From Salisapilia sapeloensis CBS 127946 (taxonomy: Eukaryota > Protista > Oomycota), in NCBI GenBank assembly GCA_023334545.1, contig JAADVB010000070.1:10404-74403 (forward strand): a stretch of DNA of 64,000 nt, written 5' to 3'. The number at the start of each line of letters is the position of its first letter. Positions within the stretch are counted from its first letter, which is position 1. Under the pieces are notes generated by a model. That model ran no database searches. It saw only the letters and a program-made list of their open reading frames with translations, and was not told the DNA's origin. Both the position numbers and the translations under genes were made by a program. Positions 11,716-24,335 of the stretch are shown here, in pieces.

Positions 11716-12602
11716 AAGAAATGAGAACGGCGAAGACGGTGTAGAGTACCAACTCGTGTCTTTATATTTTCAGCAGATGCTGCTATCTTCCCTAATTGGG
11801 CGTAGAAAGATGATACGTTTTGACTGAAATGTATCTACTCAGATCTGACTTTATCTTCAAAGTTGAAGTGTAGGGATCCGTCGGGCGAGTGGGAGATGTC
11901 GGGCGGCTGGGAACTTCGGTTCGAGCAATTGCGCCCTCAAGCGTACCCAACGGCTTGGCTATACAACACTTCGACATGAAGCGTGTATAGGTTCATACAA
12001 ACGACAACGATGCGAATGATCCATGTTCCGTCTGGCGCCAGCAGGATGACACCTCATCCGACTAGGCTTCCTGACAGGAGATTCATCTAATAAATGAAAG
12101 TCCCACAGCATGCATAAGAAGTCACCTTAAATTCTTATTCTGTCCATGACGATACCCCCACGAGAAAAATTGTTTCTGTCTCACTTTGTAAACGGAGAGC
12201 TGCCACAGAACCTTAACTACGAAACGATCGCTGCCTCGAAAAGCTTCCATGCGGGAGTTGGAGAGGCTTTAATTGTTCGAAGAGCTTGATGACTGTGATT
12301 TTAGCTACACTATAACTGAATTCTTGGGTTTCAACTTAATTTGCGACATTGGTATGCCTCTATGACATTTTTATGGTCGACTTCTTCTGATGAACAAGAT
12401 AGTACCACTGATTTTGTCCTTTGGGCATGGAATAAGATGGACACGCCAGAGTGTCAGGATACATACTTCGAACAGTCTCATCTGCTCTTAATGGTAACCT
12501 GCACAACTCAGTCAAGGATAGTAATGTGCTATTTATACGACTACGACTGCCAGCATGCAATTGGGATAAAAAAGCATTTCATTTTGCGAATTAATTTTGT
12601 CG

Positions 12603-13004
12603 CTAGTTTTCTTGCTCACACTCAGCAGTTAGTCGCTCAAATAACTTTGCTGCCTCACTTTTATGAGCAATAGTCGTATTTTCCATGCGCCAGTCCGTCC
12701 CCGTCTTGTTTCCCATCACAGTTGCTGCCTTGAGTTGTAAAAGGTTCCGCTTTCTCGCCCGAATTGACATGTTTTTTCGTTCACGATATGGCCAAACAAA
12801 GCGGAGTCGCTTGCAATTGCGTTTAAGCGTAACAGCAGATACTCCAAGGTAGGCTGCTGCTTCACGTTGCGGTAAGTTAAAGTACCTTTTTAACTCTTCC
12901 ATCGAAAAGTTAAACACAACTCGACTCTTACGACACGTAGTCCTGCCTCCTTGGTTGTTGCCATCGTTTTCAGTCGGGAAGACTCGAGATACCACGAAGG
13001 ACAT
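12603..13004 (-). CDS. Small RWP-RK domain transcription factor (133 aa)
   Basis: FSMEELKRYFNLPQREAAAYLGVSAVTLKRNCKRLRFVWPYRERK is the RWP-RK signature, here VWPYRE. Confidence 0.85.
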   Translation of the reverse strand: MSFVVSRVFPTENDGNNQGGRTTCRKSRVVFNFSMEELKRYFNLPQREAAAYLGVSAVTLKRNCKRLRFVWPYRERKNMSIRARKRNLLQLKAATVMGNKTGTDWRMENTTIAHKSEAAKLFERLTAECEQEN

Positions 13005-14707
13005 GATAAGGTTGACAATGAAACGGGAGGTGGATGAACGCGAAATGGAAAATTTACAAATGAGATCGGTGCTTGTGAACTTTGGTCACGAATGACGCCA
13101 TTCAACGAAGTGATGGGTCAAGATTGAAAAGATGTATAGGCTCGTGGCCGATCTCTGAACACATCGTGATAATCGCTAACATCAAGCGAGTCTCGACTCT
13201 GTTTTACGTTTACAGCTGCACAGTTATGAAGCATTTACTTACCTTGCAATTACGTGTAGTACAGAGAAATATGTACTAGAGTCGTAAAAGTAGGTGTATA
13301 CTATCGCTGTTCATATAGCCCACCACATCGAAATCATCGGACGGAACGAAGTGGAAACCATACCGTCTGCACAACTGTTGGTGGAAAGTTGAAGTCATTC
13401 TTCTACCGTCAAAATCTATGGACACTAGTTTTACTATCGCAAGATACACTCGGCTATGCACGAAACGTTATATAGTTTCCAACTTCATCCATTCCCCATG
13501 AAGTTTAGATTCGTGTGGATACTGCTTCATTCTTCATGGAAATTTTAAGGTCAAAGACGGAGCTGCCTATCACCAAAAGTTCTGGGAAGCTCTAGCTGCG
13601 CCAGATTTGCGCGAACTGATGTAGAGAACTTGGCAAGCATATCATTCTAATTCTTTGCCTTTGTTAGCCTATCCTTGAAAATTATAAAGCTGCCAAGCAG
13701 AGCCTTAAGTGCTCAGTACCAGAAAAGTGAAGTAAATAACATCAAGCCACCGATCGCCACGAATAGCGCATACTCCTTAGAAAAGAAGTTTGCTACTCAC
13801 TGGTGTTCATTAGTTGCACAACCGCAGCTTAGACTGTGCCCATGATCATTTGATATTCATAGAAACCCAGGGCCCACACTCGGTTATAGCATCAATGATA
13901 AATAAAACCAACCAAATTCGCGTTCACTGCGAAATGCCCATTTCATCTTTCAAGTGCTACGAGAGCGCTTGAATAACTAACGAATGTGATTTTCCCGCCA
14001 AAATTTGAACGCAATGGCAAATGACGAACCCTACGGATGAAGATGATACTCCATATTCTCGGTTCATTTCCTCGCTATTGTTTTCTTCCTTTATTTAAAC
14101 TGCCATATATATCGTCATGTTTATTGCAGCATGATCTGTGTAAGAATTGTACCAGGTCTGCGGGATTCTCCACAATATGGAAACCTAGAGGCTGACTACG
14201 CTTTGTTGAAATCTGCATTAATTGATGATAAAGACAAGGGCACTTGTCGGAGTATGATAAGGACTGCAGATTTACATGTTCATTCCAAAAATGTCAAGTA
14301 CATCCAGCTTAATCTGCAGTTTTCCTTCAAAACACGGTCTAAATTTAGCTATACGTTCTCCACAACGTACCTAAACTGATGCAAGTCAGGTGTGTTGTGT
14401 TCCCAAGGGATCTCGCGAACACCTGTTCTTTGAGATGACCACGTGATGTCAGCATCTAACTTCATGGCCATGCGTGCTGCGCCGGTAAGCGATTCCCGTT
14501 CCCATCTCAATATTGCGTCAAGCTCGTTTGTTATGCTTGGCGGTATATGTTATGTGATCCCTCTCGACTAACGACCAATGTCTTATCTATTTTGTCACGA
14601 GGATACGTTTCATCCAGCAAGTACCTTTCGTCGGCTGATTGATGAGAAGCGACGACACCATCTGCCTCGACGCTTCTAGTCTCAATTGGCCATTTTGCAA
14701 TCCGAAG

Positions 14708-16197
14708 ATGACCACACCAACTAAGTTCCCAGTCGTCTTCATACATGGTACGCTGATGACTAGTAAGCGTGATACTTTACCAGATAGTTCTAATAAGTCA
14801 TCAGGTGCGTTCGGATACGGCCGAGACCATCCTTTTTTCGGTCTTGGCAAGCCATATTGGCCCGAGCGAGAGATATTAGAGCTTAATCCGAATCATATTC
14901 TGGTGACGGTTGGTGCCGTCAGTTCTGACCACGACCGTGCTTGTGAAGCGTTTTACCAGCTCATAGGCGGAACGGTGGACTATGGAGACCAACACGCCGT
15001 GACATATGAGCATCGACGCTTTGGGACTCACTACCCGTATCCGATGTACCCCGAGTGGAATAGCAATCATCCTATCCACCTCGTCGGACATAGCATGGGA
15101 GCGACGACTGCAATTGAGCTCTACCAATTACTGTGTGCAGACTTTTTCAACGTAGGGAGTGATGCCTCGTGGGTTTGTAGCATCACATCCATCGCCGGTC
15201 CATTGACTGGGTCGACGTTGCTACCTGCATTTGGCATTCGAGGAGTGACATTTCCCCATTATAGCTGGGCACACCTGCTTTTCATATCGTTGGGAAGTTG
15301 GCTCAAAGCTAGCCAATACCTTCCATGGCTGAAAAGGGTGGCGAACGTCGGCCTAGATCAGTGGACCGACTGGTCTCTCGGATCTCTGCTCTACCCAAAG
15401 GAGCTGATTTTAAAGATGAATGGTGACTTATCCATGTATGACATGGCTCCAGAACGGCGGATTCGACGGAACGAAGCGCTGACGAACATGCATAAGATTT
15501 ATCTCCTAAGTATCGTCACTGCCAATTGTTCCCGCTTTCCTACCGTCGAGTGCTTGGTCTTGATCGCAATATGCGGTCTAAAAGTCTCCAAACGACCGGT
15601 CAACCGGATGCGTCGGCTGACCTTGTTCCTTGGTCTTCTGGCATTTTTGTTCAGTCGACTGAAAAAGCTGAACGTCGCTCGGACGACATCTATGTCTGGC
15701 ATCCAGTGGTTCATCGAGCGATACGTCCGATCCATCCACTCTCTATTTGAAGGTATATATCAACTATGTATCGCGTCTCCATATAGTTATTCATCGTGCT
15801 GGTCATGGTTGTAGGTTTCAAGCCGGATGTCTGGCGACATAATGATGGCGTCGTCAACATCCATTCCCAGCTCCGACCGTGGTTTCCAAAGCCCCAGGAC
15901 ACTCGGCGCGTGATGGAAAAGGCAGTCAGTGCAGCAGCCACAACGTCGACGGATTGCATTCGTCCATCGACATCCTCGTCCTCTTTGCATGAGAGTGAGC
16001 TTGCGCGTCATGCATCCCATATTTCGATTGCAGCTGATACGATACACGAGGAAGAATACCTTCAAAAGGGTCGTTGGCATGTCTTTCGAGTCAAAGGAAA
16101 CCACCTCTCTGGCATGTACTGGGATAGTGGGGCGAAGGACTTATACGCCAGCATTTTTCTACTGATCGCTCAGCAGTACGAGATCGACCAAAAGTGA
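14708..16197 (+). CDS. Lipase B, paralogue of lipase A (~456 aa, 3 exons)
   Basis: Exons 14708-14747, 14805-15752, 15815-16197 (57- and 62-nt introns). Motifs PVVFIHG, SDHDRACE, GHSMG, HNDG, GNHL. Confidence 0.9.
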
Positions 16198-16660
16198 TGG
16201 GATGTCGTTCTACCGCATCTAAATTACTGTTAAATAGTTTTAGGTCCTACACGTAGGAACGGAAAAGTGAAGTGAATGCCATGCGTTAATAATCTTTGTG
16301 CTCCTCTATGCCTATATCAACTAGAATGTAATCGCAAAAGCCATATTCTACTCCCTACTTGCATTGGAAACTTTGATAGCCAAAAAATCTTTCTCTTCTT
16401 TTACTAACGGATACAAAAGACGAAAGGATCGTTAGAGCATGTCGAATATAGGGCACTCGTGTCCGATGTGAGTGTCCAATCTATGTTGAAGTTCTAATCA
16501 GACAAGCCGTTATCAGATATTTGGCTTGAACTTGTCATAGTCAAGCTTTCAATTGGCGAAAATACATAATTGAGCCTTTCTATTGGTTGAAAAAAAGCGC
16601 GGAAGATTTCCAGACACCTGGGAGCAGTCGCATCCGTTTATCGTCTTCCTGGAGGTGAAC

Positions 16661-18110
16661 ATGTCTGTTCGAACGAAATACCCTGTTGTACTAGTTCATG
16701 GTGCTTGTGGTTTTGGTAAAGAGTACCCGGCATGGAGACACTTTTCTCCGTATTGGCCTGAAGGTGAAATTGGGAAACTGAATCCGAACCACATCATCGT
16801 CGACGTCGGACCGATATCTTCCGACCACGACCGAGCTTGTGAAACCTTCTACCAACTCTTTGGTGGAACCGTAGACTACGGCCAGCAGCATGCTGAAGCA
16901 TGCAACCATCGGCGGTATGGAGAACACTACCACCGTGGACTTCATCCCAACTGGAGCGCTGACAATCCACTGCATCTCGTCGGCCATAGTATGGGCGCGA
17001 CAACCTCCATAGAGCTATACCAACTTCTGTGTACTGACTTTTTCAACGTCGGGAGTAATGCCTCCTGGATTCGAAGTATCACATCCATCGCTGGGCCGTT
17101 GAGCGGCTCCACCTTGTTCCACCTCTACGGTGTCAACGCAGAGCAGCCACTCTTCTCACGCTACTCGTTTGCCCACATATTTTCTGCTGCTTGTTTTTCC
17201 ATCTATAAACTCTATCGGCGCTTCTCATCGCTTCAAGGCATCTTCAACTTGCACTTGAACCACTGGGACGATCTCTCGCTCCGACAACTGTGCACCACCG
17301 ACCTTGCGTTGCATACGAACGCTGACTTTGCCATGTTCCAGTCCTTGCCTATGTACAGGATGGAGAAGAACAAGAAGCTGCAGAGTATGCAAAAGATCCA
17401 CTTGCTCAGCATCGTCACAGCCTCGACATCCAGCCACTTTCCCGTGCAAGATGCCGTGCTTGCAGCTATTCTTTGTCTTCTACTTGCTATAAGAAGACCT
17501 CGTAGCGGGTATAAAAGAGCACTTGTTATCTCGTGTTTTGTCTATCATCTCTACGGTCGACTCCGGAAAATCGACTTGGCTCAAGTTCCTTCTCTCCATG
17601 GCTACATCTGGCTCATGCGACGTTACGTTCAATCTCTTCCTTCCATCTTTGACGGTATTTCCATTCGATCACACTTGTCAAGTACTTGGTTATAACATGC
17701 ATATGATAGGCTTCAAGCAGGACTTGTGGGCAGAGAGCGATGGGCTGGTGAATATCCAATCCATGCTTCGGCCGTGGTTTCCCAAACCAAAAGACATGTC
17801 TCGAGCTATGGACATGGCGGCGGAGACGATACCGATATCCACTTCATCCTCTTCACTTTACGAGAGTGAAATGGCTCGAAACGCGTCGCATGTGTCCATT
17901 GATCAAATAGATGGAGAAGGTGAGACTGTCGCACGATTCCAACGAGGTCGATGGTACGTGTACAGGGTGGATGGGAACCATTTCCGAGGAACATGGTGGG
18001 ATGGTGGTGCGAAAGACTTGTACGAGAGTCTGTTTATTCTTCTTCAGAGAGAGTGTGAAGGGACAACGGCAATGGAGCAAAAGCTTGAAATAACAGCGAG
18101 TATAGCTTAG
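16661..18110 (+). CDS. Lipase C, paralogue of lipases A/B (~464 aa, 2 exons)
   Basis: Exons 16661-17654 and 17710-18110 (55-nt intron). Motifs PVVLVHG, SDHDRACE, GHSMG, ESDG, GNHF. Confidence 0.9.
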
Positions 18111-18759
18111 AAGAAAGTCAAGAGAGGATGGAATACATGTCCAGATCATGGCTACTCTTGTCTTTCAATTTATTCTCACAGTCCTTGCTGTGGATTAGGA
18201 TGCTGACAGTATCTGCAATCAAAGGCTACTTTAAAACATTCACCGACGCAGTAGCTTTGCATGCCACGATGCTTGTTTCAGCCAAGAGCAGCAACGGATA
18301 CTCGTCTACCATGCGATCACTACATCTTTCGAGACGACGCTGAGCTGCAGCAATCTGACGGTACGGCCACTTGACGATGCCTTGGCGACGACAGATCCTC
18401 TTTAATGCAGCCTCACAGACACCTAGTCGAGTAGCAGCCTAGTGTATGTAAAACGGTAAAGTGCATATCGAAGAGATGGCATGATGTCATGCCCACCTGC
18501 TTCAGTGGGACGGTGTAGAGCTGTTGAAGTTGCCCCATTCGGATCGTTAGCTTCCTTCGATTTCTCCGTGGTTCTCTACTTATGCCCGATCCCATCAGGA
18601 CATCGATTGCAATGGCTTCCATCAGGCTGTCCATGTCTACTAGCGCGATAAACGCTGCTCTCCGTTGCTCGTGAACTTTTTCGTAAGCGGATCAAGTAAC
18701 GCACTTTCTAATGGAAACCCAAGATATCAAATGGTAATCAAGAATGCTTCTGTATGTCT

Positions 18760-20127
18760 TCAGTCGAGAGACTCTAGTCGTATACGGTTCTTCTTTCCGA
18801 TCATGTCTTCACTGATAGACCTGCGCTGGCGAAGATCCCGCAGTTCTTTTCTCCTCTGTTCGGCGCGGTCGGCCATCTTTTGGCGTTCGTCTGGATTCCA
18901 ATCAAGCTCCTGCTCAATCTGTTGCCATGTATCGGCCGACATATCCGACGGCGTCTCGCTTTGACCCCAAAAAGATGACCGAGAATCCGCATAAGGTCCG
19001 TTCGGTGTCGAAGCTATCGACTCAGACTGTTCGTAAGTCCTTGTGGTTGCTGCAGCGTTTTGAGAGCAACTTGTGTCCTTGCGACCACCATCAATGGACC
19101 ATGGCGCAGACATTGCGGATACTTGAGAGAATTGGCTATTGCGCAGCGTAGAGGACGAATTACCAGGCTGTCCTTCTACTTTCTCAATGCAGTCCATGCA
19201 AAAGTGTTTTGCTACCGGTCGATGAGATCGAATGTCGAGTCGAAAGATAATTCTTCGATCTCTACACGGTTTGCAAGCCAGACTTTTGCATGCTGCACAA
19301 GGTCGTAGCTTTCGGAAAATCTTTGGAGGCTTTTTACAAAGACTGCAGTTGTTTCCTGAAGTCGAACTTGCGTTCGAGCGATTCAAAAGTAGAGACGAGT
19401 ACGCTTTTGCTCTGGCACATAGCATTGCAGTGTAAAAGTCCTTGCCACGATGGGCTAGAAAGTGATCGATGACGAGGCCTGAGAGTGATGCAGACGTATC
19501 CAATTCTGCGACCGTGAAGCAGTCGACCCAGCCTTCATTCACCTGCCGAAACAAAGTGGCTGAAGTGCCTTCAAAGCGTACATGACTTTTAGACACATTC
19601 GCAGGCATTTCGCAAAGCGTCACACTAAAGGTGATTTGGTATCCCATAAGCATATTCTCATCCTCCACCCAGCCAAGCCGTTCGTAGAATAGAATATCTC
19701 GGTCTACGAGAAAGCTCCGTGCTCGATGAGCTGTCCACTTGACTCCAGCAAACACTATAGAGTTGCTTGTTGCATCATTTTCGAAGACATGGATGATTTT
19801 GGCGTCCAATATGCCCTTGTCTCTTAGTACTCTGCCGGTGCGATAGGTATCGCTCGACTCGGCGTATAAGCCTGACAAGAACTCGCGCATTGTGCCTGGG
19901 ACTAGACCACTGACAATCATCGCCTTTGTATTCGCAGGAGACTGGCGCTCGCAGTCGGTGTAGACAGCGAAGTTATTCTTGGCCTTGCGAATCATTTTCC
20001 ACCGAGTTCTAGTGTTGCATCGGTGAAAAGCTTTATAGTCCTCTAGCACGTTCTGGAGCATTTCATCAGCACGAAGGCTCCATTCTTCTTGAGTGCCATA
20101 GTCCACTGTCGGCGCTGGAATACTCAT
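18760..20127 (-). CDS. SF1: START-like + FYVE-like protein (~455 aa, intronless; ends RIRLESLD)
   Basis: START-like motifs (SGLVPG, AGVKW, DRDILFYERLGW), ARAKAYS linker, four CxxC pairs. First ATG at 20127 (the ORF-track start 20136 is TTG). Confidence 0.85.
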   Translation of the reverse strand: MSIPAPTVDYGTQEEWSLRADEMLQNVLEDYKAFHRCNTRTRWKMIRKAKNNFAVYTDCERQSPANTKAMIVSGLVPGTMREFLSGLYAESSDTYRTGRVLRDKGILDAKIIHVFENDATSNSIVFAGVKWTAHRARSFLVDRDILFYERLGWVEDENMLMGYQITFSVTLCEMPANVSKSHVRFEGTSATLFRQVNEGWVDCFTVAELDTSASLSGLVIDHFLAHRGKDFYTAMLCARAKAYSSLLLNRSNASSTSGNNCSLCKKPPKIFRKLRPCAACKSLACKPCRDRRIIFRLDIRSHRPVAKHFCMDCIEKVEGQPGNSSSTLRNSQFSQVSAMSAPWSIDGGRKDTSCSQNAAATTRTYEQSESIASTPNGPYADSRSSFWGQSETPSDMSADTWQQIEQELDWNPDERQKMADRAEQRRKELRDLRQRRSISEDMIGKKNRIRLESLD

Positions 20128-21747
20128 ATTGTCCAAATGCTCCCAGTGAGACGAATGTGGACTTGCATTGGAGGCTTGTCGCGTCAGGGTCTAGGTGAAC
20201 CTCCCTGTTCTTATCTGGTAACTTCCATGAAGGAACGGTATCAGTTCGTTTGTAATGCGGCAGCTACTATAAATTGGAGCTAATCTGATTGTTAGTTGGG
20301 GGTGAAAGAAAGTATGTCGACTAAGCGTGAAACGAATGTGAAAGGTAAGCGAGGTTACCACTACAACGCAAGCGCCGGATAACCAAGTACAAAATGCTTT
20401 GATACTTGTTTCTAAAATAGCATCCGCCTGCTATACAACACACCAAAGTCTAGCTCAGATGGTCTCCCCACGGTAGCTTTCCAAACTCAACTTGGTATGC
20501 GCGCTGTCGCTAATAGAAAGTAAAACTTTCAATTCGCATTGTTGCTTAGTTTTAATCGAAAGTCTTGTCCACCAGCAATAACATATCAGACTCGATGATT
20601 ATACGTACAGCTTAGACGCGTGTGCACGATCTGTGCATATAAAACTCAGTGGCCTCATTTGCCATCGAAATGTATGCTTGTATCAAAATGCTCTTCATTG
20701 TTTTGGGCCAAACATACGCGCGCTCTTTCAAACCTCCTGCTTTCGCGCTATACGAACCACCTCCTGATGTTGCGTGTTCATCGTTGAAAAGCTTATCCCT
20801 CAATCTTTAAAGACAAGTGAATGAGAAAAGCCTAAACGTTTCTACTCTTGCTATTACATAGCCCATGTCGGTCGACAACACGCCAGAGACTTGATATCTA
20901 TGAACAGAGATCAGAACTCAGCGAACACACGTCTTTGCCATTTCTATCGTAACAACTTGTACACATGTGCTTCTGGATGACCATATTCCCTCCGCTTCAA
21001 ACCGAAATAAATCGAATAGACGACAAGTATGGAGAATTTTGCGAGGGTGCTCGAGTACCTGGAGAGCCGGTTGCATGTCAATGGCCGACAGGCGGCGACT
21101 GTAGGAGCGCAGAAGTCTTATATGCTTTGCGTATCTCCTAGGTTACCGAGCAAATCAAAACCGTACACCATCTTTTATAGATGCAAAGATTGCAAATTTG
21201 TATCAGGGAGCGACTGGATTATCACTATTGATGAACCAGGTCATTCAAAGTCATTAACTACGAGATCTTTATCATCAAAACTACCCTGGAATGCTAGCAG
21301 CGAGTGTATCCTGTAGCATAGTCGAGGCATTGATAGCTGTAAGAAATAGGAAAAAAACATTTGCGTCCTATCGACCGAGATCATTTTGTCGTGACATAAA
21401 GTTGACACTTTCTTCCTATTTTGAACCTTAATGGCTTTCATATTCGTTTCACATGCCTTCAAGGATATACATTGTTATCTGGTCTTGCGAGCCATTTTTC
21501 AAATACAGTAAATTGACTTCGTACACGTAGTTTTGATTCGTAGCTAAGGATTCGACCACCTTAACATGTCCGATCTCATGACTGTTGACGCTTGAGCTCT
21601 TCGTTTGCTAGTTTCTACACCGTCGTGTATCGCAACTTGAATTCACGCTTACACGTGACGATACCACGACGCGTGCCTGTCTCCCCACAGTGCGTGCAAG
21701 CGACATTCCTACTTCCCCCATTTACATTTACGGTGAGAAAGCAAACA

Positions 21748-23230
21748 ATGGACTTGGATAACGAGCTTTTGACTTCCCAGCTAAGCGGCGTCCAGAAGAT
21801 CCAATTTGATCAGAGTCGCCGAGAGCTGTTTGAAGAAAAATCGAATGCGCTGCTACAGCGAACGTTAGATCAGAGGGATGCTTTTCATCGCAAGCAGAAG
21901 GCGTCGAACTGGAAGCTTTTCAAGCAAAACAAAGTCATGGCTGTCTACACAGATAGGAATGCCGCTCAGAATAGTCGTGCGGCTGATAGCGGTGTCGACA
22001 GTAATAATCGCACCCATCGAACGCTTATGATAAGCGGCATTGTGCCTGGCACCACCGAGCAAGTCGTCCGTGGCGTATATGCGGATACAACGGAGGCAAT
22101 GCGTACCGTGAAAGCTATCCAAGACTCTCTCTTTCTAGATGGCATGGTGCTTCAGGTCTTTGAGACTGGTGGCATTAGGGAGCCTGTGATCTTCAGCGGT
22201 ATTAAATGGATGGTCTGGAAAGGGATGGCAATGAATTTGATGGCTGACCGAGACGCGCCGATGTACGAAAAGCTTGGAAACGTAGAAACGGATGAAGACG
22301 CTTTTGTATACAATACGTATCAGTCAGTGGACCTGCCGGAGCTGCCCGCCAACACTACCCCATCTATGAAGCGGGTAACATTGTCTGTATGCTACCTATA
22401 TCACCAAATCAATCCAGGCCACGTTGCTTTCTTCTGCATTGCCGATGCTGACGTGCTAGGTAAGACCGACTAAAGGATATCCACTCTCTCCCTATCTCAC
22501 CATCCGCGTAGGTCTAGTGCCGCCTCAATTCGTCGACCAATTTATGATCGACCGGGTGTCAGGTAGCTGGCTAAACTCGTTTACCGTAGCTAGTGCCAAA
22601 GCTTTCACAGCGCTAATGATCAGCCGCGCTGACTATGCTTTGTCGTTAAGTACAAAGTGCGATATCTGTCAATCCTCCGGGAGCATCTTTAACAAGCTAA
22701 AGTACTGTCGAGCTTGTAAATGCCGGCTATGCCGCTCGTGTGCAAAGACACGAGTCGTATTTCGACTACGCCTCCGAACACGCAAGCCTTCGACCGAGAA
22801 ATTTTGCCGAGATTGCGTTTATGCTGTGGAAAGCAACGGCGGCTACATCCACCCACTTCCAAGTCACATCGAGACGATGCAAACGTCTGAATCGTCTGAT
22901 TCGTCGTCGCCTACAAAACAAATGCAGTGCCCCATGATGGAAACATTTGATGCATTCCCAAATGTCCCATCGCCAACTTCCTCGATTTCCATCCAAGATT
23001 CGACTCAAAAAGACGATCTACAATCTCATGCTGATTCGCATGCTCTGCCCGAGAGTCATGTGAGTGAGGACCCGGAAGAAGTTCTCGCAAAGATGTGGCG
23101 CAGGAAGGATAGTGAAGTCAGTTGGAATCAAGACGAGCGGCATCGGTTCTCATTGACATGGTCTAAAGACTCACCGGACGAACTTGGTGAAGCAATGGGC
23201 AAAGGAATAGATTTAGAGCTTTTGGACTAA
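21748..23230 (+). CDS. SF2: START-like + FYVE-like protein (~476 aa, 2 exons; ends IDLELLD)
   Basis: Exons 21748-22459 and 22512-23230 (52-nt GTAAG...TAG intron) join ORFs 21592 and 22517 in frame; same motifs, 8 Cys. Confidence 0.85.
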
Positions 23231-24335
23231 ACACCCGAAGGAAAGAACAAGAGCTACGTCGTGATCGGTGTATGGTGGTGAATGTGCATTTACAAAGTCT
23301 GTCTGCACATGGCTGTAATGAAATGGGTATCATGCTCTCTTCGGTTAAGGCTCTAGCGATCGTACATTTCCACTGTATGCAAAAATTACTATCATAACAA
23401 TAAAACATCGGATGTAGCTATAGTTTATCTGATAAACGCTTCCTTTCCATCGTGATAGTGAATTGGTACAGGCTTGTGCTATATAGGAGAGACCATGTTG
23501 TGCTTTCGAAGGCTTCAATCCAGAGGATATGAAATGCGCTGGAGAAACAAGAAATGATATCGTTGGTAAAGATGGCAAGTTGGTGTGTTACCAAATTGAG
23601 TGGAATTCGGAGCGACCAGACCGTGATGCTTGGTTGCTTAAGATTTACAATTCAGTCATCTGAATGTAATCGCACATCGCAACCGTAGATAATCGGTGAT
23701 ACACCTGAACTGGTGCTTGAGCGAGTGCACGGTCTGGCGAGGTCGGACAAGTACAAATACGTGCCAACTCGAGTGTAACCGTCTCCCCATGTTCGGAGAG
23801 AGATGACGATAGGTCTACCTTTCATCATCTGATTGGCATGAAAGGCGCCCGACTTTTACCGGGCTAGCATCCGCGTCGATATTCATAACAAAACCCAAGT
23901 CCACTGTCGTCTAGGATTAAAATAACAGAATCAAGCGGCTGGATACCTAATAGAAACCCAAACGAGCCCTATTTGCAGGTTTACAACTGAGGTAGGTTGT
24001 TAAACAGCTAATCACGTTTCACGCTGGTCAAGATGATCGAAATGCTCGCAATGTGATACATGGGCTACCATTTTATAAACTGTGACTATCGAGCCTTTTG
24101 CTACGCTTTCGTGCGCATCACATTGACGAGTGAATAAGCTTCCACCATTCTTCCGATGTACAAGTTCGTTGAAATGCCTAAGCTGTGCGTTCGAAATTCT
24201 AATCCACCATGAACATAAAGATGCTCCGATATGACGAAATTCCACTCAACAGTAACGTGTTAACGAGCTCTTTTAAGAGCTCATCCGTTCGCCAACTCAC
24301 AATTGCATTTACCCGACACTGAAAGCATTCCAGCG

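Noticed and set aside
21029-21316. 95-aa ORF with CKDC as a transposase or zinc-finger remnant
   Set aside because: A single CxxC and no other recognisable motif.
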